Shown: in pieces, positions 32,208 through 47,340 of the stretch
Numbering within the stretch: the stretch's first letter is position 1
Layout of the letters: the number at the start of each line of letters is the position of its first letter
Source: Macrostomum lignano
Taxonomy: Eukaryota
DNA: 64,000 nt
Assembly (NCBI GenBank): GCA_002269645.1
Contig: NIVC01003400.1
Coordinates: 35,702 to 99,701, forward strand
Direction of reading: 5' to 3'
Notes under the pieces: model-generated
The model's input: only the letters and a program-made list of their open reading frames with translations
What the model was told of the DNA's origin: nothing
The model's database searches: none
Position numbers and translations under genes: made by a program

Positions 32208-35200
32208 TCACACGGTGGGCCTAGTTCTCAGCCGCTCAATAAACCCATTGACCCGCTGCATCGGTCTGCTGCCGGAACTCTCTCCTCCGCCGCCGTCGCC
32301 GTCACCGTCGCCGCCCCGCCGCCGGCCGCCGCCGCCGGCGCTCAACCGATCCCTGATGGCGGCTATCCGACGGCCAAGCCGGCGCACCTTTTGAATGACC
32401 TCCTCCTGCATCAGCTTGAAGCACATGGCGAATACGGACAGACCGATGGCCACGTAGAACACCGTGGCGATCAGCTTCTCCTTGGGATTCTCGCTGTCCA
32501 CCGTTGTACCTGCGGGGCGTGGCGGGCATCCAAAGTTGAAAGCCTACATAATGAAGACAGGTCGGGCCATAGACAGCACGCAGATTTCTGACAATCTGAC
32601 ACCCCAACTTATTCTGACTCTCGGTCTTTGCCAGCTTTGAACAGCTCAGGAAAGTCTGAGCTTTTTGAATTTTCAGTCAGCAATGAACATAGTTACTTGC
32701 AAAGCACTTCAAGCGCCCTTATCATGTCGGCGACAAGGGGCTGCACTGTCAGTCAAACCATAATAAGTTCAAATAAAAACCGACGCCATGAGCAGCTAAG
32801 GCCCGGCAGTGTTAAGAGGGCCTAGCCAGCAAATTTACTGGCTCTGCTAGGATAATCAGGCCTAATGCGTGCGCCGGAGCGTGTCACCGCAATTTAGTGG
32901 CCCGGGTTTGGGGCGGTAAATCATCTGCGGCCGTCTCTAAGACTTTCGCGCGCCCACAAGCCCATATCGCTCACTTGTCCTCGTGGCTCTGCATACGAAG
33001 GCCAGCTTTCTCTCCCGTTGTTTGTGCTGGTGGGATGAATTTTCGCCTCGATTTTTTAACGCACCTTCACTCCGGCGCTTTTTTGGGTGCAGGCGGCAGG
33101 GTTTTGGGACACTTCGGGGCCCGCGCCCATAGCGAGACAGATAGACGGTATAGTTTACGATTTTTCACTTGAACCGTTTCCGCGGTCCTTCTTCTGCAGC
33201 TCTCAATTTCACTTTTTTTAGTGCCGGCTTTCGGCTGACTGGCTGAATATATTAATTGCTGTTTCCAAAACTGACGGCAACTGATAATTATATTTGGCCC
33301 TTTGATGCAGCCCTCGGATTAGCTTACCTTAGACTTCTCAGCCTAGCTGGCTTATCTCATTGTTTTACGAGCTCCAAATTTGCATTATCAAACAACTAGT
33401 CCCAGTTCATAGCCCTGTAGTACAGTTCCCCTTCGAGGTTCAAGATGATTCCCCTATTTATTCCCTTCATTAGAGCCCTTCGACACAAGATTGTCTCACC
33501 TGGCACAATATCACCGAAGCCTATTGTGCTCAACGTGATGAAGCAAAAGTATGACCATCTGATGTAGTTTTTGTCCTCCTCCCAAATTGTGAATATCAGT
33601 GCGCCGAATATGATGTACAGAATCATCACAGAGACGGACAGGGACAGGGGCACCGTGACCTGGTGCAGCGACAGGCCCTTCATCGAGTCCTTTTCGTCCT
33701 CCTCCTCCACCACAGTCGGTGTTGTCGGCGTTGGTGGCTCGTGCACGGACACGTAGCTGCACCGGCGCAGCATCGGGTTGCTGCCGGCCGCCTCCTGCAG
33801 CCACGGCGCGTTGGCCAGCGGCTCGGCCCCCACCGCCGACATCGACAGGCTGAATGGGCGACACGGAGCTCGCGACGGTTGCGCTGGTAGTGGCGGCGGC
33901 GGCGGTGGAGTCGAAGACGGCGTCGTGATAGTTGTCATCGGCGACCCAGCCCCGGCCGTCACCTTCGCCGACGCCGCATCCGGGTTTTCGGCGAACTCGG
34001 CCGGCGAGGCGGCCGCGGCGAGCCCAGCGGAGATCGCCAGGGGTGCGGATCGAGTCCGCCTGACGTTAACCGCCTCGGAGTGCTCCAGCGCAGCCGCTGA
34101 CGCCACGGGAGGCTCGGCTACCGTTTCGGGCGCTTCTGAGAACTCTTCCCAGTCGATTAGTGGCACCTGCTGCAGCTCGTCGCTGGTCCAATCCATGATG
34201 GCCTTCTGCGAGATGGGCGTCTGCACCTCGTCCATCAGCGGATTAACAGCGGCGAAGCAGTCTCCGTTCTCCGTTACTAGCGGGGCGACGCCGCCGGACG
34301 GTGGCGATGGCGGCGAGGCCAAGGAGGTTTCGTGCGCGGGCAGCACGCGGGCCATCACGTAGGCCACCCGGATGGTGGCAGCGGCGCTGGCCAGGTGCAG
34401 CGGGTTCGACTCGATCAGCGGTCGCGTCCGAACGGGCGTTGCTGCCGTGTGCTGCGGCGTCAGCGGCAGCAGCGGCCGCTGTTCGAGCATCCCGACAGTC
34501 GGCACCATCGGCGTCGCTCCCGTCGTCGTCTCATCGTCCTGCCGGTCGTCGCTGTCGCCGAGGTTCTCGGCCGTCCAAGCCTGCAGCCGTTCGGTGAGCC
34601 GGTGCAGGCGCACGTGCGACAGAGAGATTGGAATCTTAGCAGCCACCGCGCGCTGCCACTCGAGCGCCAGGGTGCGCGCGCGCTGGCGCGTCCGCTTGCG
34701 GAACACTCGGCGCCAGAACGGGCGAAAGGCGTCCCGATAGAAGAGGCGAAACGCGTCGGCCAAGTAGTCGCCGACGTTGTTGAGGTACAGAAAGGTGAGC
34801 GGGATGCCGAAGAAAGCGTAGAGCATGGTCAGCATGTAGCCGCCCTCTGTCTTGGGGACCACTTGCCCGTAGCCTGGAAGCAATTTGTGCGGTTCGTTGC
34901 AATATTTTTCACAGCATCAACAAAATTTCCGCAGACTGTATTTGATGGCAGTCCAGTCGATCAGCTCAAGTGGAAATCGGCATCAACAGAGGCAATCGGT
35001 TTATTTTTAACCAGCTGCTCACTCCCTCCCTCTCTCCATCTCAATCAGTTTGCACTGGTGTTCTATTTCGCCGAGCCTCTTTATCTCAGTTTTGTCTAAT
35101 CCGGTGCTGGTCGTCGAGAGGCAGAGAGCTCCCCCCTCTAGGAGGAGAAACGACAAAAGCAGCAAGCGACCTGCCCACGGGAAGAGCATTAATCCTTTTG

Positions 35201-38200
35201 GGAGCGAAACGGTGGCTTGAACTGGGCAGCGGGGAGAATGGAGAGAGGGCTGAGGAAGCTGGGGTCCCTCTCTCTCTCTCGAGGAGAGCATCGGGGGGAC
35301 TGCCAGTTTTGATTGAGCCTGAGAGACCGCGTCGGGGCACTCGGGCAGCGGATTCCCCCCCCCCCAGCTGGCAGTTTGCCCCGCCCTCTCGGCTTGGCAG
35401 CATCGCCGAAAAACATATGCTAGGCTGGGAGATGGAGCGGCCTGAGCAGGCGGAGAAGCGACCCTCAAGACTGATCGACACACCGGCGCTGGGGATGCCT
35501 GAAAATGCGGGAAATGAGTTTTTTCCTTCTCTCTCTCTCTTTCATTTTTCCCATCTACCGTTTCTCCCTTTGCATTCAAATAAAGAGGAAAGGAAGTTCA
35601 CGGCCAGAAATTGCAGGAATCCCCGCTGCTAAGCCGGTTGATGGGGCGGGGGAGGGCCATGGGAGGCTGGGAAATTGACTGGCGCGCTGCTCTGCGAGTT
35701 GTTCGACACGAGGCCGCCCTCCCGCTCCCAGGACATTTTGCTGCGACAGAATTGAACGAACGAAAACGCAGATTGAAGTCCGACAAGTGACTTCTGCCCG
35801 TGCCTGTGCTTGAGAACAACTCTTCTGTGTTCTCTTTGCAATTTTGTGCTGCACTCTTGGCTGCTGTGTCTCTGCTGACACTGTGAATCTCTCTGCTGAC
35901 ACTGTGAATCTCTCTGCTGACACTGTGAATCTCTCTGCTGACACTGTGAATCTCTCTGCTGACACTGTGAATCTCTCTGCTGACACTGTGAATCTCTCTG
36001 CTGACACTGTGAATCTCTCTGCTGACACTGTGAATCTCTCTGCTGACACTGTGAATCTCTCTGCTGACACTGTGAATCTCTCTGCTGACACTGTGAATCT
36101 CTCTGCTGACACTGTGAATCTCTCTGCTGACACTGTGAATCTCTCTGCTGACACTGTGAATCTCTCTGCTGACACTGTGAATCTCTCTGCTGACACTGTG
36201 AATCTCTCTGTTGACACTGTGAATATATCTCTTCTAACAATAAATCTCTATCCTGACACTGTAAATCTCTCTCCTGACACTACTTTTAGATATTACAACT
36301 TCCAAGTCTCTCTTAAAGCTTTTTAGCACTCTTTCTAACGACTTTTTTTGTTCGAAGAGAACTTAGCGTCCCATAAGAGAAAAAATTGAATTCAGTTACG
36401 GCTCGTGTGCCTGAATATTCAGACGCCATTGCGAAGCGGGTGCATTGGCCTCTCTAAGCATTCTCTAAGCTGTTGCTCCTCAAGCTCTTCCAAGATGAAG
36501 AACAGGGAGAGAATGAGAGAGAGAACGGCATGATTGATGCGATGGAGAAACTGGGAGGATGGATCATTGCACTGGGGAGAGTCGCATACATAGAGAGATG
36601 ACAGCCGACTCGCCAATGCCGCGCAATTCACGCCAAGGAGGGTTGCGAGGTTCTCGTGCGAGACGTGAGAACTCGCCGCCCCCCATGCCTTTTTATCCAG
36701 GCTGATTCTCTCCTTAGCCTCGAGATCCAAATGCCCGCTATCAAATATTTGCTTGGAGATTGTTGACCCTGACTTCCACAGTTCACTCGCGAGCGACCCA
36801 AGGGGGGGGGGAAGGGAGAGGACGCTGGAACAAGTGGAGTCCTATAGTAGAGCCACGGGAATGAACCGCGCTTTGGGAAATTATCCCCACGATTACCTCC
36901 CCGCCAGCCGTAATTAACTGCCTAATTAGTCCTCTGCGCTTTCAATTCAATTTGGTTTTGCAAATTAGAAAAAATGCACGATTTCGAGCAACCGACTACT
37001 CATATTGGCGCTTATTTGCTCACCGAATACTCTGGGATTGGGCAGGGGAATTCTTGGATAGTTAAATTTAAAAGCGGAAAACATAAGTTGATGGAAGACA
37101 GACAGGTCGGTTGGTCCGTCGCGCGGAATTTGAATGTGGTTTGTCAGTTTAATGGTAAACAAAACTGAAAATTCCCACTTGCAGCGAAATTTTTTGCGAG
37201 TCCATGATTATTCCTCATTTTTGGGATTCATTTTTTAGTCTGGATGCCAGCTGACTCTTCAAAAATGAGGCTTCACTCGGCATTTGGACTGCGGTTTGGT
37301 CCCCGAGCTCCGGAGACGGACCGCCATTGCATCTATTATTTATTGATGGGTTGACAAATCCAATTGTAATTATTTTTAAGTGCTTTCATTGCCGTTCAAC
37401 AGTGCATTGCTATTCTCACTGAGCGCTTCTCACTCCCTTCTCACTCCCTTGTCACTCCCTTGTCACTCCCTTGTCACTCCCTTCTCCCTCCCTTGTCACT
37501 CCCTTCTCACTCCCTTCTCACTTCCCTGTCACTCCCTTCTCCCTCCCTTGTCACTCCCTTGCCACTCACTTCTCACTCCCTTGTCACTCCCTTGTCACTC
37601 CCTTCTCACTCCCTTCTCCCTCCCTTGTCACTCCCTTCTCACTCCCTTCTCACTTCCCTGTCACTCCCTTCTCCCTCCCTTCTCCCTCCCTTGTCACTCC
37701 CTTCTCACTCCCTTCTCCCTCCCTTGTCACTCCCTTGTCACTCCCTTCTCACTTCCCTGTCACTCCCTTCTCCCTCCCTTGTCACTCCCTTGTCACTCCC
37801 TTGTCACTCCCTTCTCACTCCCTTCTCACTTCCCTGTCACTCCCTTCTCCCTCCCTTGTCACTCCCTTGTCACTCACTTCTCACTCCCTTGTCACTCCCT
37901 TTTCACTCCCTTGTCACTCCCTTCTCACTTCCCTGTCACTCCCTTCTCCCTCCCTTGTCACTCCCTTGTCACTCACTTCTCACTCCCTTCTCACTCCCTT
38001 CTCCCTCCCTTGTCACTCTCTTCTCACTCCCTTGTCACTCCCTTTTCACTCCCTTACCATTCCCTTTTCACCCTTGTTTCACTCCCTTCTCCCTCCATTC
38101 AATGGAAGGGAGCCAAAGGAAGGGATTCACTCCATTTTAACTCCCTTCTCACCCCTCTACCCTCATCCTTTCTCTACTCCTCTCCCTACTCTCTTTTTTC

Positions 38201-39260
38201 TCTCTCCTTGTCCTTTCTCTTTCTTTTCTTTTTTATATACAATGAAACTTTGCCCTCTTAATTTATAGATAATCAAAAACCGCCACTCAATTCGCTAGCG
38301 ACGGGGGCTATAGCCACTGCACCGCAGTCATGCCCATTCTGTAGATCCCTGGGCATGCATAAAGCACTGGGATTCGTACTCAGCTCACGGCACTGTCTGT
38401 CATACAGGGTGTACAGAGGTACCCTAAACCTAAACCTAACCCTAACCCTAACCCTAACCCTAACCCTAACCCTAGCCCTAACCCTAACCCTAACCCTAAC
38501 CCTAACCCTAACCCTAACCCTAACCCTAACCCTAACCCTAACCCTAGCCACTCCCACACTATTGCTCAGCAATGAGGTGCGGCCGCTCACCAATAGTGGT
38601 GATCACGGTCACGACGTACAGCAGCGCGCCGGAGAAGCTCCAGTTGAGATCGGCGTCATCGTAGCGGCCGTTCCAGCCGTCATCAGTCAGCCGCTTGATC
38701 AGCTGCCGGCTGAACTCGCGCATCTGGGCGGCGAATCGCCGTTCAAAGTCCTGCACGGCTGCCGCCGCCTGCGAAGACATGTTGCCGGCTGCCCCGTCTG
38801 CCGCCGCCGCCGCTGCCAGAGCGACGTTGGTCTGACTGGAGTTCCACCGACGCAGCCACCGTTGAGCCTCGTCGAGCAGCTGGCCGCTGACATTTTTCAC
38901 GGTGCTGTCCAGGTGGTCTCTGGCGGCGGCCTTCACTCGCAACTCGTCGCCCTGCTCAAGCCGACGGAACAGCTCTCCGCCAATGATGACGTACAGAATA
39001 ATGAGGCTGGACAGGCCCAGATTGGAGAACATGAATGCCAGGAAATGCTTGCAGCAGGTCACCGTCTCTTTGATTCGCTTCTTTCGACGCTGCCGACGGG
39101 CGTGCCGTCTCCGCTGCGACTTGGTGTTGTCGGCTGTCGAGGTCATAGCGGTCATGTTGATGGGGGCAGAGCGCTGGCTCTGCATCGGGGCTCGCACGGT
39201 GGGCCGCACTGTCGGGCGGGACATCTGCGGCCTCGGCCGCGGCGGCTGACTGAGCTCCAT
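32208..39260 (-). CDS. Two-pore-domain K+ channel (K2P, invertebrate TWK/TRESK-like), 781 aa. Exons 39260-38591, 34873-33500, 32509-32208
   Basis: M1, cap, P1 WSFSGALLYVVTVITTIG|YGQVVPKT, M2 TMLYAFFGIPLT, long loop, M3 VPLSLSVSVMILYIIFGALIF, P2 YFCFITLSTIGFGDIVPG|TT, M4 IATVFYVAIGLSVFAMCFKLMQE. Both introns are phase 1 GT-AG. Confidence 0.93.
35867..36280. repeat. 21-bp minisatellite in K2P intron 1
   Basis: Unit ctctgctgacactgtgaatct, about 16 near-perfect copies then decay. Confidence 0.96.
37428..38095. repeat. Pyrimidine-rich ~11-bp repeat (tcactccctt(g/c)) in K2P intron 1
   Basis: Direct reading. Confidence 0.93.
38422..38546. repeat. Interstitial telomeric repeat (CCCTAA)n, about 21 units
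   Basis: Near-pure CCCTAA. Reads (TTAGGG)n on the K2P sense strand about 44 nt into intron 1. Confidence 0.95.
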
Positions 39261-39268
39261 TGTCTTTG

Positions 39269-39294
39269 TGACCTTGACCTTGACCTTGACCGTG

Positions 39295-39331
<37 letters not shown>
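39269..39331. repeat. (TGACCT)10 hexamer array 8 nt upstream of the K2P start codon
   Basis: Nine tgacct and one tgaccg in tandem; minus strand reads (AGGTCA)n / TCAAGGTCA. Confidence 0.9.
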
Positions 39332-40029
39332 TTAGAATAGTCTGAAACTTTTCAGCCAGACTGTCGGAGTGACGCTCCTGCTCTGATCCAGATTTTTTTA
39401 AAAAAACCCGCTTTGCTGTAGAGTTTTATTGTCACCCAGCCAACCAAACGATGCATAGGTTCTGCAGCCTCAGCCAATCAGAATCGCTGGCTTGACAACA
39501 GGCAAAGTCCGCAACGAGTCTTGAAAGATTAAAGATTTCTTCTCATAGCTCTCCTGCGTGTTTTCTGCATTTTAATTTTTCCGATTGTTCGAGCTGTGTC
39601 CCGGAGTCAGTTGAATGTTGGCCCACTGTGTCCGTGATTTTACAGACATGATGCCTGATATTCAGAAGTGCACCACTTCTGTTAGTTCACAGACGGGCAT
39701 TTTGTCTAGTTCGGCTTGCACTTTAGTATAGCTGATTGCATACATGAATGCCGAAGCTTGTTCTCGCTGTGAATACTCGAATAGGCAAACTGCTTTAGAA
39801 TTGCCGAGCTTGTCATAATGAGCTGCGGATTGTGCAGGATGCAGAGCGGGGCAGCCCAAAGAAAAATTGTTACTTCCAGCTGACTGCCTCCAGCAGCCCA
39901 TTGTGCCGCTCTTCTTCACTGCCCACTTCCACTCGCTTCGTGTCCGGGCTGCGGGGGAGCTTGGACACTTGAGAGCTTGGGAAGTGCGGCTGCCTGCTTT
40001 GCATACGGTGGGCCACTGGGAGCCTGTAG

Positions 40030-41745
<1,716 letters not shown>

Positions 41746-42097
41746 CACATTAACTTCCTGCTCCCACATGGCCCACCCAGCTCCTGTCAGGCAGTAAAGT
41801 GCAGGCCAGTCATTTTCGGACTTTTATTCGTGTCCGTTTTGAATTATGCAAATGGCGCCCTGAGCTGCGCTGGACTCCGTGAGTCGCTCCTACACTCTGG
41901 CTGGTAGATTTTCAGCTCGGGTTTCCAATCTCAAAGCATTATTATGTTTTATTACTAGTTGTTACCTGCCAATCGAAACTCATTTACGATGTGAAGCATG
42001 GCGTGAGTGCCTGCCTGTCTCCAATTTCCTATGCAGATTGCGCCTGATTTTACAATTTTCAGGAATTGCGAAATCAAAATCAACATCAAAATTCAGG

Positions 42098-42547
42098 GCC
42101 AAAATATCGGCTATGGGAGTGCCAAAATATCGGCTATGGGAGTGCCAAAATACCGGCTATGGGAGTGCCAAAATACCGGCTATGGGAGTGCCAAAATACC
42201 GGCTATGGGAGTGCCAAAATATCGGCTATGGGAGTGCCAAAATATCGGCTATGGGAGTGCCAAAATATCGGCTATGGGAGTGCCAAAATATCGGCTATGG
42301 GAGTGCCAAAATATCGGCTATGGGAGTGCCAAAATATCGGCTATGGGAGTGCCAAAATATCGGCTATGGGAGTGCCAAAATATCGGCTATGGGAGTGCCA
42401 AAATATCGGCTATGGGAGTGCCAAAATATCGGCTATGGGAGTGCCAAAATATCGGCTATGGGAGTGCCAAAATATCGGCTATGGGAGTGCCAAAATATCG
42501 GCTATGGGAGTGCCAAAATATCGGCTATGGGAGTGCCAAAATACCGG
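42098..42547. repeat. 23-bp minisatellite
   Basis: Unit aaaatatcggctatgggagtgcc, about 19 copies. Confidence 0.96.
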
Positions 42548-42883
42548 CCACAGTATTGGCCGGTAAAATAGAGCAACAGAGTCCAGCTTCTGTTCCCGAG
42601 CCCTGTCAGCTCATTAGAGATGGCGCAGTGAAAAATTGTAGTTTTGTAAAAATCTCCACAAATCTAATTGAGCTTCTTGGCGCGTGAAACCCTCCAAAAT
42701 TAGCGATATTTGAAACTGAAATTTTCCCAGTGCCAACTCTATATCGAATTTCTACCTTAATTAATTAGGACCTTGAAAACCGGAAGAAGTTTCCGTGAGA
42801 AAAAATTGGAACCGAAAGACTCGAACTTGATCTGGCTCTGAAAAGTTTTCGGTAGATTTGGAAACAGAGAAATTAATTGTTGT

Positions 42884-44010
42884 GGCGCCAAAAGATGATA
42901 TGTGTTAGCGCATAAGTCGTTTATTGTGGCGCTAAAATGGGCTATTATGGCGCTAAAATGGATACTGTGGCGCTAAAATGCTATTGTGACGCTAAAATGG
43001 CTATTGTGACGCTAAAATGACTATTGTGACGCTAAAATTGATAGTGTGGCGCTCAAATGGCTATTGTGGCGATAAGATGGATAGTGTGGCGATAAGATGG
43101 CTATTGTGGCGATAAGATGGATAGTGTGGCGATAAGATGGCTATTGTGGCGATAAGATGGATAGTGTGGCGATAAGATGGATAGTGTGGCGATAAGATGG
43201 ATAGTGTGGCGATAAGATGGATAGTGTGGCGATAAGATGGATAGTGTGGCGATAAGATGGATAGTGTGGCGATAAGATGGATAGTGTGGCGATAAGATGG
43301 ATAGTGTGGCGATAAGATGGATAGTGTGGCGATAAGATGGCTATTGTGGCGATAAGATGGCTATTGTGGCGATAAGATGGATAGTGTGGCGATAAGATGG
43401 ATAGTGTGGCGATAAGATGGATAGTGTGGCGATAAGATGGATAGTGTGGCGATAAGATGGATAGTGTGGCAATAAGATGGATAGTGTGGCGATAAGATGG
43501 ATAGTGTGGCAATAAGATGGATAGTGTGGCGATAAGATGGATAGTGTGGCGTTCAAATGGCTAGTGTAGCGCTAAAACAGGCATTGTGGCGCTAAAATAG
43601 GCATTGTGGCGCTAAAATAGGCTACTGTGGCGCTAAGATGGCTAATGTTGCGCTGAATGGCTAGTGTGGCGCTCAAAAGGCTAGTGTGGCGCTAAAATGG
43701 CTATTGTGGCGATAAGATGGATTGTGTGGCGCTCAAATGGCTAGTGTGGCGCTAAAAAGGCTAGTGTGGCGCTAAAATGGCTAGTGTGGCGCTCAAATGG
43801 CAAGTGTGGCGCTAAAATGGCTATTGTGGCGATAAGATGAATAGTGTGGCGCTAAAATGGATAGTGTGGCGCTCAAATGGCTAGTGTGGCGCTAAAATGG
43901 ATAGTGTGGCGCTCAAATGGCTAGTGCGGCGCTAAAATGGATAGTGTGGCGCGCAAATGGCTAGTGCGGCGCTAAAATGGATAGTGTGGCGCTCAAATGG
44001 CTAGTGTGGC
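42884..44010. repeat. 20-bp minisatellite with homogenised centre and divergent flanks
   Basis: gtggcgataagatggatagt in the centre; gtggcgctaaaatggcta(t/g)t variants at both ends. Confidence 0.96.
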
Positions 44011-44624
44011 CTTAAAATATATATTTTCCAGACAAATAATTCTCTGTCAAAAAGCCAACAAATGAAAAATAATTGTAAGCCTTTACTTGAACAACCTGGC
44101 CTTGTTAGAACGAACGCAGGCCTGCATCAGTTTCAGCTGCTATTCTATGATTTTGAAATGTCTGTAAAAACGTGCCAAAGAGATTTGCATCCAGTCTGAC
44201 TATGGTTATAAAGTTACTATTTATAGATTTTCGAAGACGTGTTCAGGTTTGATTCCCTGTGCTTCAATATTTGCTGTCGTATGTATTTGCAAACTGAAAA
44301 TTAGCAATCCACAACCCTCTTCTCTTCTCTGTTCAACTAAGCCCGTCTTTTGTCTTGGAAAATAACTTTTAGAAAATACTGCGGTTTGTATGCAGATTGT
44401 TATGGCTCTTCTATAGCCAACAAGTTGGAGTGGCAACTTTTTTATATTTTTAGTTGCCAACCGGTCTGAATGCTTATGGTGTTAACATAGTGTCCACGGC
44501 TGCACAGTTGGGAAACATAAGGGAAACTTTTCAGTTTCTTTGTATCAATTAGCAGTATCTTATCTTCTGAAGTTACAAATAGAAAATGAAGCAGGTATCG
44601 ACTTTTCTAAGCTCATCCCAGCAC

Positions 44625-45440
44625 AAGTGAGTGAATGAGTGAGTTCATGAGTGAGTTCATGAGTTCATGAGTGAGTTCATGAGTGAGTTCATGAGTTCAT
44701 GAGTGAGTTCATAAGTTCATGAGTGAGTTCATGAGTTCATGAGTGAGTTCATGAGTTCATGAGTGAGTTCATAAGTTCATGAGTGAGTTCATGAGTTCAT
44801 GAGTGAGTTCATGAGTTCATGAGTGAGTTCATAAGTTCATGAGTGAGTTCATGAGTGAGTTCATGAGTTCATGAGTGAGTTCATAAGTTCATGAGTGAGT
44901 TCATGAGTGAGTTCATGAGTTCATGAGTGTGTTCATAAGTTCATGAGTAAGTTCATGTGTTTATGAGTGAGTTCATGAGTTCACGAGTGAGTTCATGTGT
45001 TTATGAGTGAGTTCATGAGTTCACGAGTGAGTTTATGTGTTTATGAGTAAGTTCATGAGTTCATGAGTGAGTTCATGAGTGAGTTCATGAGTTCATGAGT
45101 GTGTTCATAAGTTCATGAGTAAGTTCATGTGTTTATGAGTGAGTTCATGAGTTCACGAGTGAGTTCATGTGTTTATGAGTGAGTTCATGAGTTCACGAGT
45201 GAGTTTATGTGTTTATGAGTAAGTTCATAAGTTCGTGAGTAAGTTCATGAGTTCATGAGTGAGTTCATAAGTTCATGAGTAAGTTCATGTGTTTATGAAT
45301 GAGTTCATGAGTTCATGAGTTCATGTGTTTATGAATGAGTTCATGAGTTTATGTGTCTATGAGTGAGTTTATGAGTTCACGAGTGAGTTCATGTGTTTAT
45401 GAATGAGTTCATGAGTGAATTTATGAGCTCATGAGCTCAT
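44625..45440. repeat. 8/12-bp gagttcat(gagt) satellite, block A
   Basis: Direct reading. Confidence 0.93.
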
Positions 45441-46194
45441 GATTGTATGAAAGATCTGTAAAAATGATAAATTGCGCGTTCGAATACTCAAACTGGTTGC
45501 TCCACAGTCCTCCATTTGGGCCATAGACAATGAGAAGCCAGTCTTCAATCAGCTGGACTCTCCCAGTAAGAAATTTATTGCTTGCTGCTACTCATGAGCT
45601 CTTGAAAATGCAGTAGTAGCAAGGAGACTGGATGACCAATCGGATATCCTAGAGAATGGTAATGGTAGTCTATGGTAAAATTCGTTGAGCACAGACTTTG
45701 AGCACAGGGGCGGGAGTGAGGCAATAAAAACCCGCGTAGAATTCGAAAAGTACACGCGAACTTATAATTTAGTTGGCAGCCGGCTCTGAGGAGTGTTTTT
45801 GGTGGCCCAGTAAAAATAGCCTGCATGGAGACTGACGCTTCGGAAGAGCTGACAGGGGGGATAGCATTTTCTCACCACCACCCCCGTCTGCCTCATCTTT
45901 CCCTCCCTGCCTCTCGGATCCTTTTCAGACAGCTTCTTGAGATTTCAGACTGCCAGCGGCCGGCCATGCATTAAATCAGAAGTCAGACTGGTGGGTGAGT
46001 GAACGTACATGCATGCATGTCGAATGTATTGGTGCTGGGTGTACATTTGATGGTGGCGTGGGCTTTTCATATTTTCAGCTGGCGAAAAGCAACATATAGC
46101 GTTTGGAGAGTGTGCCTCGCTTTTATGCGTATATGTGAGAATAAGTACATTTATTGTGCGAGTGTGTCTGTGAGTACGGTTCATTAGTAATTGA

Positions 46195-46626
46195 GAGAGT
46201 GAGTGAGTGAGTGAGTGAGTGAGTGAGTGAGTTCATGAGTTCATGAGTGAGTTCATGAGTGAGTGAGTTCATGAGTGAGTGAGTTTATGAGTGAGTTCAT
46301 GAGTGAGTTCATGAGTGAGGTCATGAGTGAGTTCATGAGTGAGTTCATGAGTGAGTTCATGAGTGAGTTCATGAGTGAGTTCATGAGTGAGTTCATGAGT
46401 GAGTTCATGAGTGAGTTCATGAGTGAGTTCATGAATGAGTTCATGAGTGAGTTCATGAGTGAGTTCATGAGTGAGTTCATGAGTGAGGTCATGAGTGAGT
46501 TCATGAGTGAGTTCATGAGTGAGTTCATGAGTGAGTTCATGAGTGAGTTCATGAGTGAGTTCATGAGTGAGTTCATGAGTGAGGTCATGAGTGAGTGAGT
46601 GAGTGAGTGAGTGAGTGAGTGAGTGA
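46195..46626. repeat. 12-bp gagttcatgagt satellite, block B, flanked by (GAGT)n
   Basis: Same family as block A. Confidence 0.93.
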
Positions 46627-47069
46627 GCTAAGCTAGTTAGTTGCCAAGCAAATGAACGATAAAGGCCATGGCCTGCATGCAGTGAGCAGCTTATCACAGA
46701 CCGCCCGCTCTGTCTCTGACTCGATACATCTTGTTGTGAGTTTTTTCAGTCTTGGAAGTGGAAAGTGCGCAGTGCCAGGCGTATAGACAATCCAGGACTG
46801 TCTGCTGACCGAGTCCCCTGTGCAGAGTTCGGGGAGACAGATTGCTGCAGATGGCATTGTCCGCCTAGCGATTCGTTTGAATTACCCGATTAACTATGCC
46901 TGCTGGTTGCAGGAAATCACAATGCGAATGAAATACCTATTTTAGCATTGTGTGTTTTCCAGTATTGATATTTTATATGCTGGTCCCATACTAGGCTTCT
47001 GAAGCGGGATCACAGTTATATCATCTATTTAGTGCTGTCAGAAAAATTGGATTCAAAAAGGCTTTGAAG

Positions 47070-47340
47070 CTCTGGAATCCCTGAGTCTCTGAATCCCTGA
47101 GTCCCTGAATACCTGTGTCCCTGAATCCCTGAGTTCCTGAATCCCTGAGTCCCTGAATTCCTGAATCCCTGAGTCCCTGAATTCCTGAGTCTCTGAGTCC
47201 CTGAATCCATGAGTCTCTGAATCCATGAGTCCCTGATTACCTGAGTCCCCGAGTCCACGAACCCTTGAATCCTGAATCCCTGAGTCCCCGAATCCCTGAG
47301 TCCCTGAATCCATGAGCCCCTAAATCCCTGAGTCCCTGAA
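47070..47340. repeat. Short-period gaatccctgagtccct repeat
   Basis: Direct reading. Confidence 0.85.

Noticed and set aside
33511-35632. Multiple 100-250-aa ORFs overlapping or antisense to the K2P, MRI1, MAGUK and ATP1B coding exons
   Set aside because: These are shadow ORFs expected in GC-rich coding DNA, with no recognisable motifs.
36419-36730. 103-aa ORF inside K2P intron 1
   Set aside because: It starts at TTG, has no homology cues, and has a composition typical of non-coding DNA.
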